A stretch of DNA of 64,000 nt from an uncultured Candidatus Poseidoniales archaeon (lineage in GTDB: Archaea > Thermoplasmatota > Poseidoniia > Poseidoniales > Thalassarchaeaceae). A model generated the notes under the pieces. That model was not told the DNA's origin. It saw only the letters and a list, made by a program, of their open reading frames with translations, and did not search any database. The DNA is taken from contig CACGIM010000002.1 in assembly GCA_902573115.1 (NCBI GenBank), forward strand, positions 11,649-75,648, written 5' to 3'. Of the stretch, positions 9,846 through 19,976 are shown piece by piece (the stretch's first letter is position 1; each line of letters starts with the position of its first letter). Both the position numbers and the translations under genes were made by a program.

Positions 9846-10793
9846 TCATTTATTGCTTATTTTTCGAGGATAAAATATAGACATGAAAATTGCAGAAATG
9901 AGTGATATAATGCCAGGGGCGGGAAGATTGGATTTTATGGAGTCTTCAGAGTCACTAGGATTTGTCTCTTCTTCTCCTGAATCTCCAGATTCCCCTTTGG
10001 GAGGAGGTTCCACGCTTACCCTAACCTCGTCCTGACCAATAGCGTTAATTCCTTGATTTAGGGCCCTTTTCGAGCTAACAGTCACCGTGATATCGCAATG
10101 TCTTCTAGGATGACTTTCAGATGCGATCAGTCTTAGCTCAGCATCCTTGGTCTTTCCTGAGTCGATATTACCAATTGTCAATGAGTCTAAGCCGTTGTCC
10201 GAAGTAAGCAGCGGACAGTCGTCTTCCACCAATACTTCTCCTACTCCATCCTGACCATTACCATCGTTTCTGACAGTGACGGTGAGAATTGTTTCTGAAC
10301 CAGAGTTCATCGAGCCAAATGGATCTGAAATTTCTACAGAAATAGCAAATATCGTAGGGATCTCCAGATCTCCTTCTCTATTTTGGCTAGAAGCAGTTAG
10401 GTCTGGGACTCCCTGTCTTGAGGATATAGTTCCTGTTATCGAAAACTTCTCCTTTTTTTCGGCATCAAAGGCTTGAACGTCAATTCCTGATATCTTCAGA
10501 TCAAACGATTTGTTAGTACCTGAGGGGATGCTTTCTTCTTCCGGAGCGTCGAACTCGCCTCCAAAGGGAATTTCGTATTCTAGCTGAACTGTAATTTCGG
10601 TTATCCCAGAGTTTTCTATAAAGAACTCTACATTAACTGAACCTTCGGGTGAAATCTCAAACGGATTTGCCGAGTCCTCGTCTGGGTAATAAATCCCTAA
10701 TTCCCAAGATCCTAACTCTTGTGCTGATGCTGGACAAATGGGAAATGAAAATAGCAGAATTAAGACACCGAAGTATGACGAGTTGACTTTCAT
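9846..10793 (-). CDS. Secreted acidic protein with signal peptide and C-terminal hydrophobic anchor (CARDB/Ig-like)
   Basis: Signal peptide MKVNSSYFGVLILLFSFPICPASA and C-terminal TM GIISLISAIFMSIF. Starts 5 nt after the coxM stop. Confidence 0.45.
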   Translation of the reverse strand: MKVNSSYFGVLILLFSFPICPASAQELGSWELGIYYPDEDSANPFEISPEGSVNVEFFIENSGITEITVQLEYEIPFGGEFDAPEEESIPSGTNKSFDLKISGIDVQAFDAEKKEKFSITGTISSRQGVPDLTASSQNREGDLEIPTIFAISVEISDPFGSMNSGSETILTVTVRNDGNGQDGVGEVLVEDDCPLLTSDNGLDSLTIGNIDSGKTKDAELRLIASESHPRRHCDITVTVSSKRALNQGINAIGQDEVRVSVEPPPKGESGDSGEEETNPSDSEDSIKSNLPAPGIISLISAIFMSIFYPRKISNK

Positions 10794-10797
10794 TTCC

Positions 10798-11781
10798 CTA
10801 ACTCACCAGTAAACCTCTGCAAGCCCTTTTTGTTAAGACCTTCACCATCTTTCTCCTGTATGACGGTGAGAACCACGTGTTTTTGACCGGTTTAACGGCC
10901 TTTTTGATTGACTCTGCTAACTCATCCACGGAGCTATCCCCTTCCCAATTCTCCATCGCACTCTTTGATTCATCTTCGTGGAGCATGGGGATTGACTCCA
11001 ACCCGGTTGTGGCAACTCTGAGCTGAATTGGTTCCTTTTCAGTATTGCTTTTCCACAGTACTGCGACACCTGCCTCTGGGAAATCCCAAGACTCTCTCTG
11101 TCTCAGCTTCTGATAATCGCCTTGCCATTCCTTAGAGTCGCTTGGGAGTGTAATGTGAGTGATTAGCTCTCCTGGTTTGAGTACATTTCTTGTCATCCCA
11201 TCTAGTTTGAAGAAATCGCTAATCGGCATTGACCTCTTGCCACTCGGGGAAGCAATGTGTATTTGGGAATTCAAGCACATGAGAACTGGTGCTAAGTCCG
11301 CTTGATAGGTGGCAACACAGAGTGTGTTCTGATTTGGTATTACCCTACAATCTGCCCCAGTTCCGCAATCACACTTGTGGCACCAATCTATCGATTCTCT
11401 CCATGATTCCGATTGATTGATCCAATAGCATCTCGTATCCAGGCAAATGTTTCCACCGACTGTACCGGATCTCCTAATCATTACACTTGCGATTGACTCG
11501 GCGGCCTTGGCTAGGACCGGATGGGTGTGCTTGTCAGACGCCAATTCATTAATCCTGACCATGGCCCCAATGTGGGTAGTGCTCAACTCTTTTAGCTCAG
11601 AGACAGATGCTAGGGATATTACGTGACTCTTCACGTTGATGTGCCATTTGTAATTAGGAATCAAGTCGGTTCCACCGGCTATCCAATCGAATTCAAGCCC
11701 CGATTCGGATATTTCCCTTGATATTTCAATAGCTTCTTCAAGACTATTGGGGCTATGGAGTTTGAATGGGGGCATTCTCAT
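10798..11781 (-). CDS. Molybdenum hydroxylase medium subunit, FAD-binding (CoxM/CutB/XdhB-like)
   Basis: FAD_binding_5 pattern AGGTDLIP...GTVGGN. 4-nt overlap with the large-subunit gene. Confidence 0.75.
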   Translation of the reverse strand: MRMPPFKLHSPNSLEEAIEISREISESGLEFDWIAGGTDLIPNYKWHINVKSHVISLASVSELKELSTTHIGAMVRINELASDKHTHPVLAKAAESIASVMIRRSGTVGGNICLDTRCYWINQSESWRESIDWCHKCDCGTGADCRVIPNQNTLCVATYQADLAPVLMCLNSQIHIASPSGKRSMPISDFFKLDGMTRNVLKPGELITHITLPSDSKEWQGDYQKLRQRESWDFPEAGVAVLWKSNTEKEPIQLRVATTGLESIPMLHEDESKSAMENWEGDSSVDELAESIKKAVKPVKNTWFSPSYRRKMVKVLTKRACRGLLVS

Positions 11782-14564
11782 TCCACTTCACCCCTTTTCC
11801 TTCTCTCAGTGTGTTTCCATGCCGATCCAGCAAGTCTTGGGTCATCGAGATATGATGGGTCAGGAGTGACTCTGACCGCCCAACTCGGATCAGTCTGATC
11901 CGGAGGTATCGAAGGATCCAATCCGAAAAGAGCCCCATTGTAATATTCGCTTCTTTCTTCATCCAATCTTCTTGAATAATCCCTACTTGAATGCTCACTG
12001 GCCCTATTCTCAAGTGTTGTCTGTAAATCTGAGTAATTTAGAGAAGGAGGGGAAAGATGCAGAGGTTCGAGTATTCCTTCTGATTTGCACCTTTTCTCTA
12101 TTAGATTGAACACCTTCTCTGGAGTAAGGGGGAGCTCTGATGGGCGGACCCCTATTGCATCATAAACAGCATTGCAGACTGCGGGAAGTATCGGCAAAAG
12201 GGGTCCTTCACCAGCCTCTTTGGCCCCAAATGGACCCTCGGGATCATTTGATTCCACGATGATTGGAGTCACTTCAGGCATCTCGTGGACACTAGGTATC
12301 TTGTAGTCTAGCAAATCGGGATTTAGGAGGCTTCCATTTCTGCTGTATCGCATTTCTTCAGACAACACCTGCCCCATTCCCATATGGCATGAGCCGATTA
12401 TTTGCCCCTTAACTGCTAGAGGGTTAAGCGCCTTTCCGCAATCATGAGCAGCCCAGACCTTCTCTACATTGATTTGGCCGGTCTCGACATCAACTGTGAC
12501 TTCAGCTGCATATGCTGAGAACGAGTATGCGGGAGCGAGGCCTGCTGCGGCCCCTTTGTGGGTTTTACCCATAGGTGGTGTCCTGTATGCACCAGAAGAA
12601 ATTAGGGCACCCCTATCTTCCTGAGCCTTGTGAAGAGCCTCCAAATATGATACCCCTACTGAAGGGTCTGATTTCTGGAATATTCTTCGATCGCCGACAA
12701 TAAGACCCTGTTTATTCGAGTTAGTGATTTCCGCGGTCGCATCAATGAGATTGTTCCGGATATCCATGGCAGCAGAGATTGCAGCGTTCGCATTCATGAA
12801 GGTGACTCGTGAAGAGTAAGATCCCAGATCGACAGGGGATGTATCGGATTCTCTGGATTTTATCCTAATCATGTCAAGTGGCAGACCAAGTACTTCGGCC
12901 ACAGACTGGGCCACAACCGTGTCTGATCCCTGTCCGATTTCGGCGGCACCAGTATGTACTGTGACACCTCCATCCATGTCAATCTTGAGATGAACGGTGG
13001 CGTGCGGGAATTTATTCGGGTCCCAATGAATAGGTAGGCCGCTTCCAGATATGAAGAAGCCGCAACCAACACCTATCCCCTTCCCTAGTGGAAGCTTTCT
13101 GAATTTTTTAGTCCAACCGCTTTCCTGCCTCACTCTTTCTAAGCACTCTCTCATCCCAATGCTAGTCACCCTAAATCCTGTGATCGTCGAAGAGTGGGGA
13201 GGGAGTAGATTAGCAAGACGAAGAGAAATAGGATCAACAGAAAGTTGCTCTGCCAGGTGGTCGAGACCAACTTCTACTGCACATCTTGAGTTAACCGCTC
13301 CATGCCCTCTCATTGCCCCACTCGCTGGCTTGTTGGTCCAAACTCTAGCTCCAGTGTAGTGGAAAGACCCGATCTCATAAGGTGCAGTGTGCAAAACTCC
13401 GTTGTAATACGTAGTCACATGCCCGAATGATGCAAAGGCCCCACCGTCAATCAGAGCATCCGTTTCTATGCCGCAAATCCTTCCTTCTCCATCTGCGTGA
13501 AGATTCATTTCTATCCTAGATGGGTGGCGACCCCTATTTACCCAGTATACCTCTTCTCTATCGAACGTTATTCTAACTGGCCTCCCAGATTTTCGGGCCA
13601 GAATTGCGGCACACATTTCATGAGGAAATGGGTCCGATTTTCCACCAAAGCCACCACCTACAAATGTCCGGTGTACGTTTATCTGATGCATAGGGATTTC
13701 GAGAACATCGGCTAGTGCCCTATGGACGTAATGAGGCACTTGTTGAGGAGTGTATAGTGTCAGCCTCCCTGTGGGATCCCAATGAGCCACTACGGCATGT
13801 GGTTCAGTAAATGCGTGGTTTACTCCAGCGAAGACCCAGTCCTCTTTGTAGCTAGCTACAGAACTGCTGAGCATCCCCGAAACGTCTCCAAACTCTTGGA
13901 ATACTCGCTTTTGGACATTTGACTCTCCGATGTGATACTTCCCTCTATCGTGAATTGGTTCAACACTATCTTTGAGACCGTCCCTCATGTCATGAATTGA
14001 GTCGAGTATTTCGTACTCGACCTCAATTAGTCGCTCCGCCTCTCTTGCAGTGGCCTCGTCCTCGGCAGCTACGCACGCAACAAGGTCACCAGCGTGCCTA
14101 ACCTTGTCAACCGCCATTGCATGTTCGTCCTTTGTCACGGGAAGGACCCCAAATTTGTTCTTGGCATCGACCCCGGTTGCCACGGCTACAACTCCAGGTA
14201 GCTTCAGAGCTCTAGAGCAATCAATAGAGATAACCCTAGCATAGTGGTGGGGGGATCTTACAATCCTGCCAATTAATTCTCCTTTTATTCTAACGTCGTC
14301 TCCATAGTGAGCCTGACCAGTGACCTTCCAATTACCATCTACTAGCGCTGTATCTTTCCCAATTACCTGTCCACTTACTAGAGAATCGTGCCTGTGCGAA
14401 CCCCAGGGCTGCTGTAGTTTTCCCCCCTGAGAAGATGGTATCATATTCTCCTCAATTGGCTTAGAAAAACTATTCTTCCCACCTGATCCAGGTTTGGAAA
14501 ATGGTAATTTCCCTGGTTGCTGTTTGTAGCCGACCATTTCCTTTTCCTTTTCAGTCAAAATCAA
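11778..14564 (-). CDS. Molybdenum hydroxylase large subunit, molybdopterin-binding (xanthine dehydrogenase/aldehyde oxidoreductase family), with N- and C-terminal extensions
   Basis: The a/b-hammerhead and MoCo-binding domains are recognisable (GDDV, FGGGFGGK, GQGSDTV, AMRGHGAVNS). 928 aa against a typical length of about 780. Confidence 0.8.
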   Translation of the reverse strand: MILTEKEKEMVGYKQQPGKLPFSKPGSGGKNSFSKPIEENMIPSSQGGKLQQPWGSHRHDSLVSGQVIGKDTALVDGNWKVTGQAHYGDDVRIKGELIGRIVRSPHHYARVISIDCSRALKLPGVVAVATGVDAKNKFGVLPVTKDEHAMAVDKVRHAGDLVACVAAEDEATAREAERLIEVEYEILDSIHDMRDGLKDSVEPIHDRGKYHIGESNVQKRVFQEFGDVSGMLSSSVASYKEDWVFAGVNHAFTEPHAVVAHWDPTGRLTLYTPQQVPHYVHRALADVLEIPMHQINVHRTFVGGGFGGKSDPFPHEMCAAILARKSGRPVRITFDREEVYWVNRGRHPSRIEMNLHADGEGRICGIETDALIDGGAFASFGHVTTYYNGVLHTAPYEIGSFHYTGARVWTNKPASGAMRGHGAVNSRCAVEVGLDHLAEQLSVDPISLRLANLLPPHSSTITGFRVTSIGMRECLERVRQESGWTKKFRKLPLGKGIGVGCGFFISGSGLPIHWDPNKFPHATVHLKIDMDGGVTVHTGAAEIGQGSDTVVAQSVAEVLGLPLDMIRIKSRESDTSPVDLGSYSSRVTFMNANAAISAAMDIRNNLIDATAEITNSNKQGLIVGDRRIFQKSDPSVGVSYLEALHKAQEDRGALISSGAYRTPPMGKTHKGAAAGLAPAYSFSAYAAEVTVDVETGQINVEKVWAAHDCGKALNPLAVKGQIIGSCHMGMGQVLSEEMRYSRNGSLLNPDLLDYKIPSVHEMPEVTPIIVESNDPEGPFGAKEAGEGPLLPILPAVCNAVYDAIGVRPSELPLTPEKVFNLIEKRCKSEGILEPLHLSPPSLNYSDLQTTLENRASEHSSRDYSRRLDEERSEYYNGALFGLDPSIPPDQTDPSWAVRVTPDPSYLDDPRLAGSAWKHTERRKRGEVE

Positions 14565-15133
14565 ACCTCCTCCCCAAATCCCGGGTGAGGATCGCTCTTA
14601 GGGGAAGTAGAGTCTTCTACTCTGGCTCCCGATACCAAGATATCCGAGGCGGCTCTAACTGAGTCTACAATTTGCTGAAAACCTGTGCATCTACAGAGAT
14701 TCCCTTCTATTGCGGATTTTATCTCTTCATCTGAAGGAGAGCTATTCTCGGAAAGGAGTGCAGAAATAACAACTAGAAATCCTGGGGTGCAGAATCCGCA
14801 CTGACTTCCTCCAAACTCAGTGAAAGTCTGTTGTATTGGGTGTAAATGATGGCCATCTGAAAGGCCCTCCACCGTGGTAATACTAGCTCCATCGGCCTCT
14901 GTTGCCAGAGTCAAACAGGATAGTCTTGGATCACCGTCAATTAGTACTGAACAGCAGCCACAGGTCCCCATGTCACATCCTCTCTTGGTTCCAAGGCTCC
15001 CGACTTGTTCCCTAAGTACGTCTAACAAAATAGCGTTATTCTCTATGTGGAGCGTGATCTCAGCTCCATTTACTTCTGCTGTCCATTCTATCTCGTCGGG
15101 ATGTGGCAGCATGGGTAGTCGGTACTGCACCAT
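14561..15133 (-). CDS. Molybdenum hydroxylase small subunit, [2Fe-2S] (CoxS/CutC-like)
   Basis: Both 2Fe-2S clusters are present (CDMGTCGCCSV and CGFCTPGF...CRCTGF). Confidence 0.85.
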   Translation of the reverse strand: MVQYRLPMLPHPDEIEWTAEVNGAEITLHIENNAILLDVLREQVGSLGTKRGCDMGTCGCCSVLIDGDPRLSCLTLATEADGASITTVEGLSDGHHLHPIQQTFTEFGGSQCGFCTPGFLVVISALLSENSSPSDEEIKSAIEGNLCRCTGFQQIVDSVRAASDILVSGARVEDSTSPKSDPHPGFGEEV

Positions 15134-15174
15134 TAATCGAACCAGTCGGAGTCATCCTTTGAGCATTCGGTTCG

Positions 15175-15879
15175 TCATCGAATAGGGGGAAATTCTTCAA
15201 CGGCCCTCTTTAGCACCTCTGATTCTGCCCTCTTGAGGTGCTCACCAATTGTGCTCCTTGCGATATGCATCTCATCGGCCAGCTCCCTAAGGGTGATATC
15301 TGTCCCTTCATCATAATAACCCCTATTGACAGCTAATTCGAGGACTTCCATTTGCTTTTTTGTCAAGAAATCATATTCCGAGGAGTGCCCGTTCTTAAAC
15401 ATCTGAACACTTATGCTGTCAGGGGGCATGACCATTCTAAGCTGACTTAGAAAACTGCTTATCGAATCAGAAAGACCGTAAATCCTCAATTCCAAGCCAT
15501 TGACAGAATCTATCGCATATGGGGGGTAAACGTAGATGTTGGAGAGTTCGATTGCAGCAGCTGCTAAGCTATGTGTGCAGTGAATACTAGCTAAAATTCC
15601 CTCATCATTCTCCTCATGCATTTCTAGAACTGTAAAGCTGCTTAGATCGGATATTTCTGCAAGTTCTCTTCCTTCCTTCAGTTTTACCTCCGTCAATTGT
15701 GTAACACCATCAGGTCCCAATGAAAGGTGTCCAAGTACTTCGATTCTATCGCAAATATCCATCAAAGAATCGATTTCTTTTATTCCCCTGAGTGAACTAA
15801 ATTTCCACCTGAGTAGCACCTTCCTCATGGACCTCCGAATAGCTGGATGATATTGAACATTGGTCGATATTAGCCCCAA
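15175..15879 (-). CDS. HTH_10 (bat-type) transcriptional regulator
   Basis: C-terminal LTKKQMEVLELAVNRGYYD...TLRELADEMHIARSTIGEHLKRAE is the classic HTH_10 motif. An internal ATG 17 codons in would remove the overlap with the S8 gene. Confidence 0.6.
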   Translation of the reverse strand: MGLISTNVQYHPAIRRSMRKVLLRWKFSSLRGIKEIDSLMDICDRIEVLGHLSLGPDGVTQLTEVKLKEGRELAEISDLSSFTVLEMHEENDEGILASIHCTHSLAAAAIELSNIYVYPPYAIDSVNGLELRIYGLSDSISSFLSQLRMVMPPDSISVQMFKNGHSSEYDFLTKKQMEVLELAVNRGYYDEGTDITLRELADEMHIARSTIGEHLKRAESEVLKRAVEEFPPIR

Positions 15880-17081
15880 TAAGCCTCACGAATGGCTTGA
15901 TTGGCCTCCATACAGGCAACTACATCGCTCGGACGTTGGGGCATTACTGAATCTCCTAACAAATGTAGGATCATTGGGCCTGCATTTGACATATTTACCA
16001 CACCCCATCCCACTTGGGTGCATGGGGCAACTGGTGATATTGGCAGCGTACCAGAGCTTGGATTCCAGGTTGAAAAGCTAGGATACCAAGCAGACAGGTT
16101 CAGTGAGTCTCTGATATCGTCATTGGTTATCGAGAGATTAGTTCCGTTTACTAACAAGCCTTCCCTGTCTCCAAAAGCTCCTGAACCAATATCACCGCTA
16201 TGATTTCTAAGACTGGTCAGAACCAAGCTTAGAATTCCCGCGGTACGAGGAGTGGCGAAAGAAGTACCCGAGGTGGTATGATAGCCGTCTATGTCATCGT
16301 GATTTGGCAATTCTTGGGTCCAATCGGCAGCGATATCGGGATAGGACCCGCTCATGGTTTCTTTCTGATCGTCGTCCTCCTCTGCATAACCCGATATTCC
16401 TATTGACCAAGGCGGTCCAGCAGTTGAGTCTTGTACTGCCGGCGAGGGAGTGTTGTCTGCTGCCCCCGTGTGAATTTTGCCATTTTCTACAACCGCAACC
16501 CTTGTTGCGTCTTCAATCCCTGGTACTGGGATGGACCCTATGGGGCCGAACGAAGTGGAAATCACATCAACTAGAGGTTGGTTTGCAGCCGCTAGGACAG
16601 CAGCGTCGCTAAAGCCTTCTACAAAGAAAATCACAGCATCTGGATTGGCGTCAATAACTGCCCCTGTTACGGCAGTTCCGTGACCATCACTGGGATCGTC
16701 GAGGATTGGTATGTCAGTATTGTCTTCAGGAGTAGTTCCGATTATTCTGGATCCTTTGAACCAAACGATATCCCCCGCCCCTATTTGATCCCAGCAATCC
16801 CCTCGATCAGACTCATATCTCTCTTGCCAAGTACCGTTTTTTGAAATCTCACATACCATATTCACTCCCAACCCATCTAGTAGCCACTGGGGGTATGAAT
16901 CATTCATCGAAAAGTGATTGTGGTATACGTTGATTCCGGTATCTATTGGAGCAACTACGCTAAATGCACCGAATAAATCCTCCACCAAAACGAGATCTGC
17001 CTCTCCCTCGCTCTCATCCATACACCCAGCTAAGCTCGCGGAAATGACCAATATAGAGATCAGAGTAGTTAGGACCTTCAC
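15870..17081 (-). CDS. Subtilisin-like serine peptidase (S8), lipoprotein
   Basis: Lipobox LAGC. The catalytic triad motifs DTGI, HGTAVTG and SGTSFATP are present. Confidence 0.7.
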   Translation of the reverse strand: MKVLTTLISILVISASLAGCMDESEGEADLVLVEDLFGAFSVVAPIDTGINVYHNHFSMNDSYPQWLLDGLGVNMVCEISKNGTWQERYESDRGDCWDQIGAGDIVWFKGSRIIGTTPEDNTDIPILDDPSDGHGTAVTGAVIDANPDAVIFFVEGFSDAAVLAAANQPLVDVISTSFGPIGSIPVPGIEDATRVAVVENGKIHTGAADNTPSPAVQDSTAGPPWSIGISGYAEEDDDQKETMSGSYPDIAADWTQELPNHDDIDGYHTTSGTSFATPRTAGILSLVLTSLRNHSGDIGSGAFGDREGLLVNGTNLSITNDDIRDSLNLSAWYPSFSTWNPSSGTLPISPVAPCTQVGWGVVNMSNAGPMILHLLGDSVMPQRPSDVVACMEANQAIREAYWG

Positions 17082-17112
17082 AACCCTCCGAATTTAACAA
17101 CTAATTTGATAC

Positions 17113-17973
17113 TTAGGTTGACACGTTCTTCCTTTCAAGCGATAAAACCTCTGCACAAACCGCAATTGCAATTTCTTCGGGTGTGTCTGCTCCTATGTCC
17201 AGGCCAATAGGGCACCTGACAGAGTCAATCAGCCATTTCTCTACCCCACTCTCAATAGCCTTCTTCTTGAAAGCAGACCATTTCTTCCTTGATCCAATGG
17301 CCCCAATTCGAGGTCGTATTCCATCTTTGCAGACTTGGAGTAATGCCACTAGCATCTCTTCATCGACTGACCAGTCGTGACTCAATAGTAGGATGTCCGA
17401 GAAACGAGATAGCGATTCCTTACTTTCGCTCTTTAGAAAATCCTTAACGGATGAGCAGAATTTCCCCTCAGCGTTTGGATATCGCTGCTCATTACAGTAT
17501 TCCTCCCTGATATCGAATACGCTATACGACCATTCCAGAGAATCACAGACCCTTGCAATAGAAAGACCAACGTGCCCTCCGCCTGCAATCAGGATGTGAG
17601 GGCGGGGATTGATCACTTCCATAGCCACTGTCACTCGACCTCCGCATAGACTGTCGAGGGCAGGTGCCTCTTTTCCTTTACCATCTCTGTTTAACTCAAA
17701 TACCTCAACTTTCCCTCCCTTTTTCCTTAGGTAAGACAAATCTTGGAAGAGAAGATCCTGAAGTTCCCTTTCCACCGTTAACTCCAATCCTGCACCACCA
17801 ATAGTTCCAAATTTTTCTCCTGAAGAGCTGATGGCTAGCCTTGCTCCTGGTTTTCCCGGAACACTGCCCCTAGCCCTGACAACCGATGCAATGGCAACTC
17901 TTTCTCCGGCCTCTACCCTCTTGATGGCCCAATTAAGAACTACGACAGTCACAATGCTCCGTCGGGGTGCCAA
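17113..17973 (-). CDS. XdhC/CoxI-family molybdoenzyme maturation factor
   Basis: N-terminal ASVVRARGSVPGKPGARLAI and the C-terminal XdhC Rossmann domain (ILIAGGGHVG). Confidence 0.7.
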   Translation of the reverse strand: MAPRRSIVTVVVLNWAIKRVEAGERVAIASVVRARGSVPGKPGARLAISSSGEKFGTIGGAGLELTVERELQDLLFQDLSYLRKKGGKVEVFELNRDGKGKEAPALDSLCGGRVTVAMEVINPRPHILIAGGGHVGLSIARVCDSLEWSYSVFDIREEYCNEQRYPNAEGKFCSSVKDFLKSESKESLSRFSDILLLSHDWSVDEEMLVALLQVCKDGIRPRIGAIGSRKKWSAFKKKAIESGVEKWLIDSVRCPIGLDIGADTPEEIAIAVCAEVLSLERKNVST

Positions 17974-18022
17974 CCTTTGGAGTTGTGTAACTTATCAGAT
18001 GTGTTTGAGTTTTTCATTGCGA

Positions 18023-19333
18023 TTAGAATGATATGTCCAGAATCCAAAGTGCAACTCCCAAAATTAGGGCAGGGATAGTTGTATGTAGCGTGGCCCAAAG
18101 GCTGGCTAACCTGTGCCTTACCAAAAGCGGAAACAGAGCATCCCCATCCTGACTTATTGCGTTCGCGGCCAAAGCCGGGAATGATATCAGGTCCTTTGTG
18201 TAGGCGGTAATGGCGATTATTTGAGGGCCACAACCAGGTATCAATCCGATAAATGAAGCAACTACAACTGCAATAACTCCATCGCCATACTTCGCTAATT
18301 CTGCTTCATTGGTCCCAGAGAATAACATTGAAAATTCGAAAATTAGGTAAGCGGCCATTACCCAGAATGTTACGAATGCGGTTTCACTTGCGGAGTGTAT
18401 TAGTGTCTCTCTCATCGAGTATAGTTTGTCTCCAATTGAAGCTTCTGTATCATCACGAATCCAGGTTCTTTGAGATAAGTACAGAATTATCGACAAAGTC
18501 GTTCCAATCAAACCAATCCATGTAATGAATCCATGAAGCGAAAATGGATCATAATCTACTGATAGATCAAAATCGGGATCTTGAGAACTCCAAACCAGTA
18601 ACAACACCGCGAATACCAATCCAATTGAAGTAACTACCCACCATAAGGTGTAACCCTGATGAAGAAGGAAGTATCCTGGGCCGCTTTCTTCTTCCCTCCC
18701 AAGGTCATCAAAGACCATTTGAGAATCTTCAGAAACCTCTAATTTGCTTATTCCAGAGTCCTCAGTAAACTCTGAACCAAGGAAAAATCCACCCAAAGGA
18801 CGCTTTGGCGTGATTCCTAATCCGTCTACGAGGTAGCCCCATGTTACCCCTGTGAGGAAGGATATGGCGTGTACCGCTACTGCAGGAGCCACGAAAGAGG
18901 AGTCCGTGATAGCAGCACCTATTAAGACAAAAGCGGCATCTCCGAGAGTTGCTATAAGAGTCGCGATTACCGTTCCGTAGCTTACGAAACCCCTAGTGTA
19001 CATTGGCATGATTACAATTGCTCCGCCGCAACCAGGAGTGATGCCCATAACAGCGCCAATTATCGGCTGCCATCTTCTTTTTGACCGGATTACATCCACA
19101 AAACGTCCGGCGGTAATGTACTGTATCCAACTGAATAATAGAACCATCGCTGCAACAAATACAGTCACGGCCAGAAAGGCGTCTCGCATACTAACAACTA
19201 CCACTTCAATTACTTCAGCAGAGGTTGGCATTGCGTATTCGACCCCAAGTTTGTATAAATCATTTGACATCGAAGGATAAAGTAATCTGATAATCCAATT
19301 TTTTGATTTTGAAATATGAAACGCCAAATTCAA
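18023..19333 (-). CDS. Polytopic membrane protein or putative permease with an internal duplication (two PGCG-containing half-repeats)
   Basis: About 11 TM. The motifs GITPGCGGAIVIMPMY and GLIPGCGPQIIAITAY recur. I do not recognise the family. Confidence 0.4.
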   Translation of the reverse strand: MNLAFHISKSKNWIIRLLYPSMSNDLYKLGVEYAMPTSAEVIEVVVVSMRDAFLAVTVFVAAMVLLFSWIQYITAGRFVDVIRSKRRWQPIIGAVMGITPGCGGAIVIMPMYTRGFVSYGTVIATLIATLGDAAFVLIGAAITDSSFVAPAVAVHAISFLTGVTWGYLVDGLGITPKRPLGGFFLGSEFTEDSGISKLEVSEDSQMVFDDLGREEESGPGYFLLHQGYTLWWVVTSIGLVFAVLLLVWSSQDPDFDLSVDYDPFSLHGFITWIGLIGTTLSIILYLSQRTWIRDDTEASIGDKLYSMRETLIHSASETAFVTFWVMAAYLIFEFSMLFSGTNEAELAKYGDGVIAVVVASFIGLIPGCGPQIIAITAYTKDLISFPALAANAISQDGDALFPLLVRHRLASLWATLHTTIPALILGVALWILDISF

Positions 19334-19367
19334 TCATTTCAGGGCTCAGAATTAGAAATCCTCCATC

Positions 19368-19943
19368 TCAATTTTCATCATTTACTAATTTCAATATCTC
19401 ATGTAAATTAACTGCATCTTCGGGAGTATCTATGTTTAGATTTAGAAATCTGTCCGAAACCTCGAACCTACTGGCCTCAATTACTTCCCTCAATGGTAAA
19501 TTTGCTGAGCTTTTCCTTACCTTTCCGACATCCTCGCAAGCCAGTGCTAGGGGATGTCCGCCCCTTCCTTCCTTCATTGGGCAGCAGGTCTGATCTGAAC
19601 AAATTAGACGCTCCAGAGTTGAATCTGAGAAGCCAGGTCGGTCCACGGGAACAACGAGCAGTCTGTAATCCTCTGCCCCGGAGGAATCAATACTCTCAAT
19701 CCCTACCTTGAGAGATCCCGTTCTTCCTTTGTGAGGATCAGGATTTAGGACTACATTCACATCACTAACTATTTTGGAAATTTCTTCAAAGTTTGCTTCG
19801 TTCGTCACTATCGTAATATTGTCCACACGACCAGACAATCTTTGTGAAATCCAACTGATTAATGCTTGGGAGCCGACATCGATTAATGCCTTATCCCTAC
19901 CAAGCCTGATGCTTGAGCCAGCTGCAAGAATGACGCATTGCAT
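19368..19943 (-). CDS. Molybdenum cofactor nucleotidyltransferase (MocA/MobA-like, NTP_transf_3)
   Basis: N-terminal ILAAGSSIRLGRDKALI and about 190 aa. Lies beside the molybdoenzyme locus. Confidence 0.65.
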   Translation of the reverse strand: MQCVILAAGSSIRLGRDKALIDVGSQALISWISQRLSGRVDNITIVTNEANFEEISKIVSDVNVVLNPDPHKGRTGSLKVGIESIDSSGAEDYRLLVVPVDRPGFSDSTLERLICSDQTCCPMKEGRGGHPLALACEDVGKVRKSSANLPLREVIEASRFEVSDRFLNLNIDTPEDAVNLHEILKLVNDEN

Positions 19944-19976
19944 AACATCACCACCAAAATACTCTGACTTATCCCA

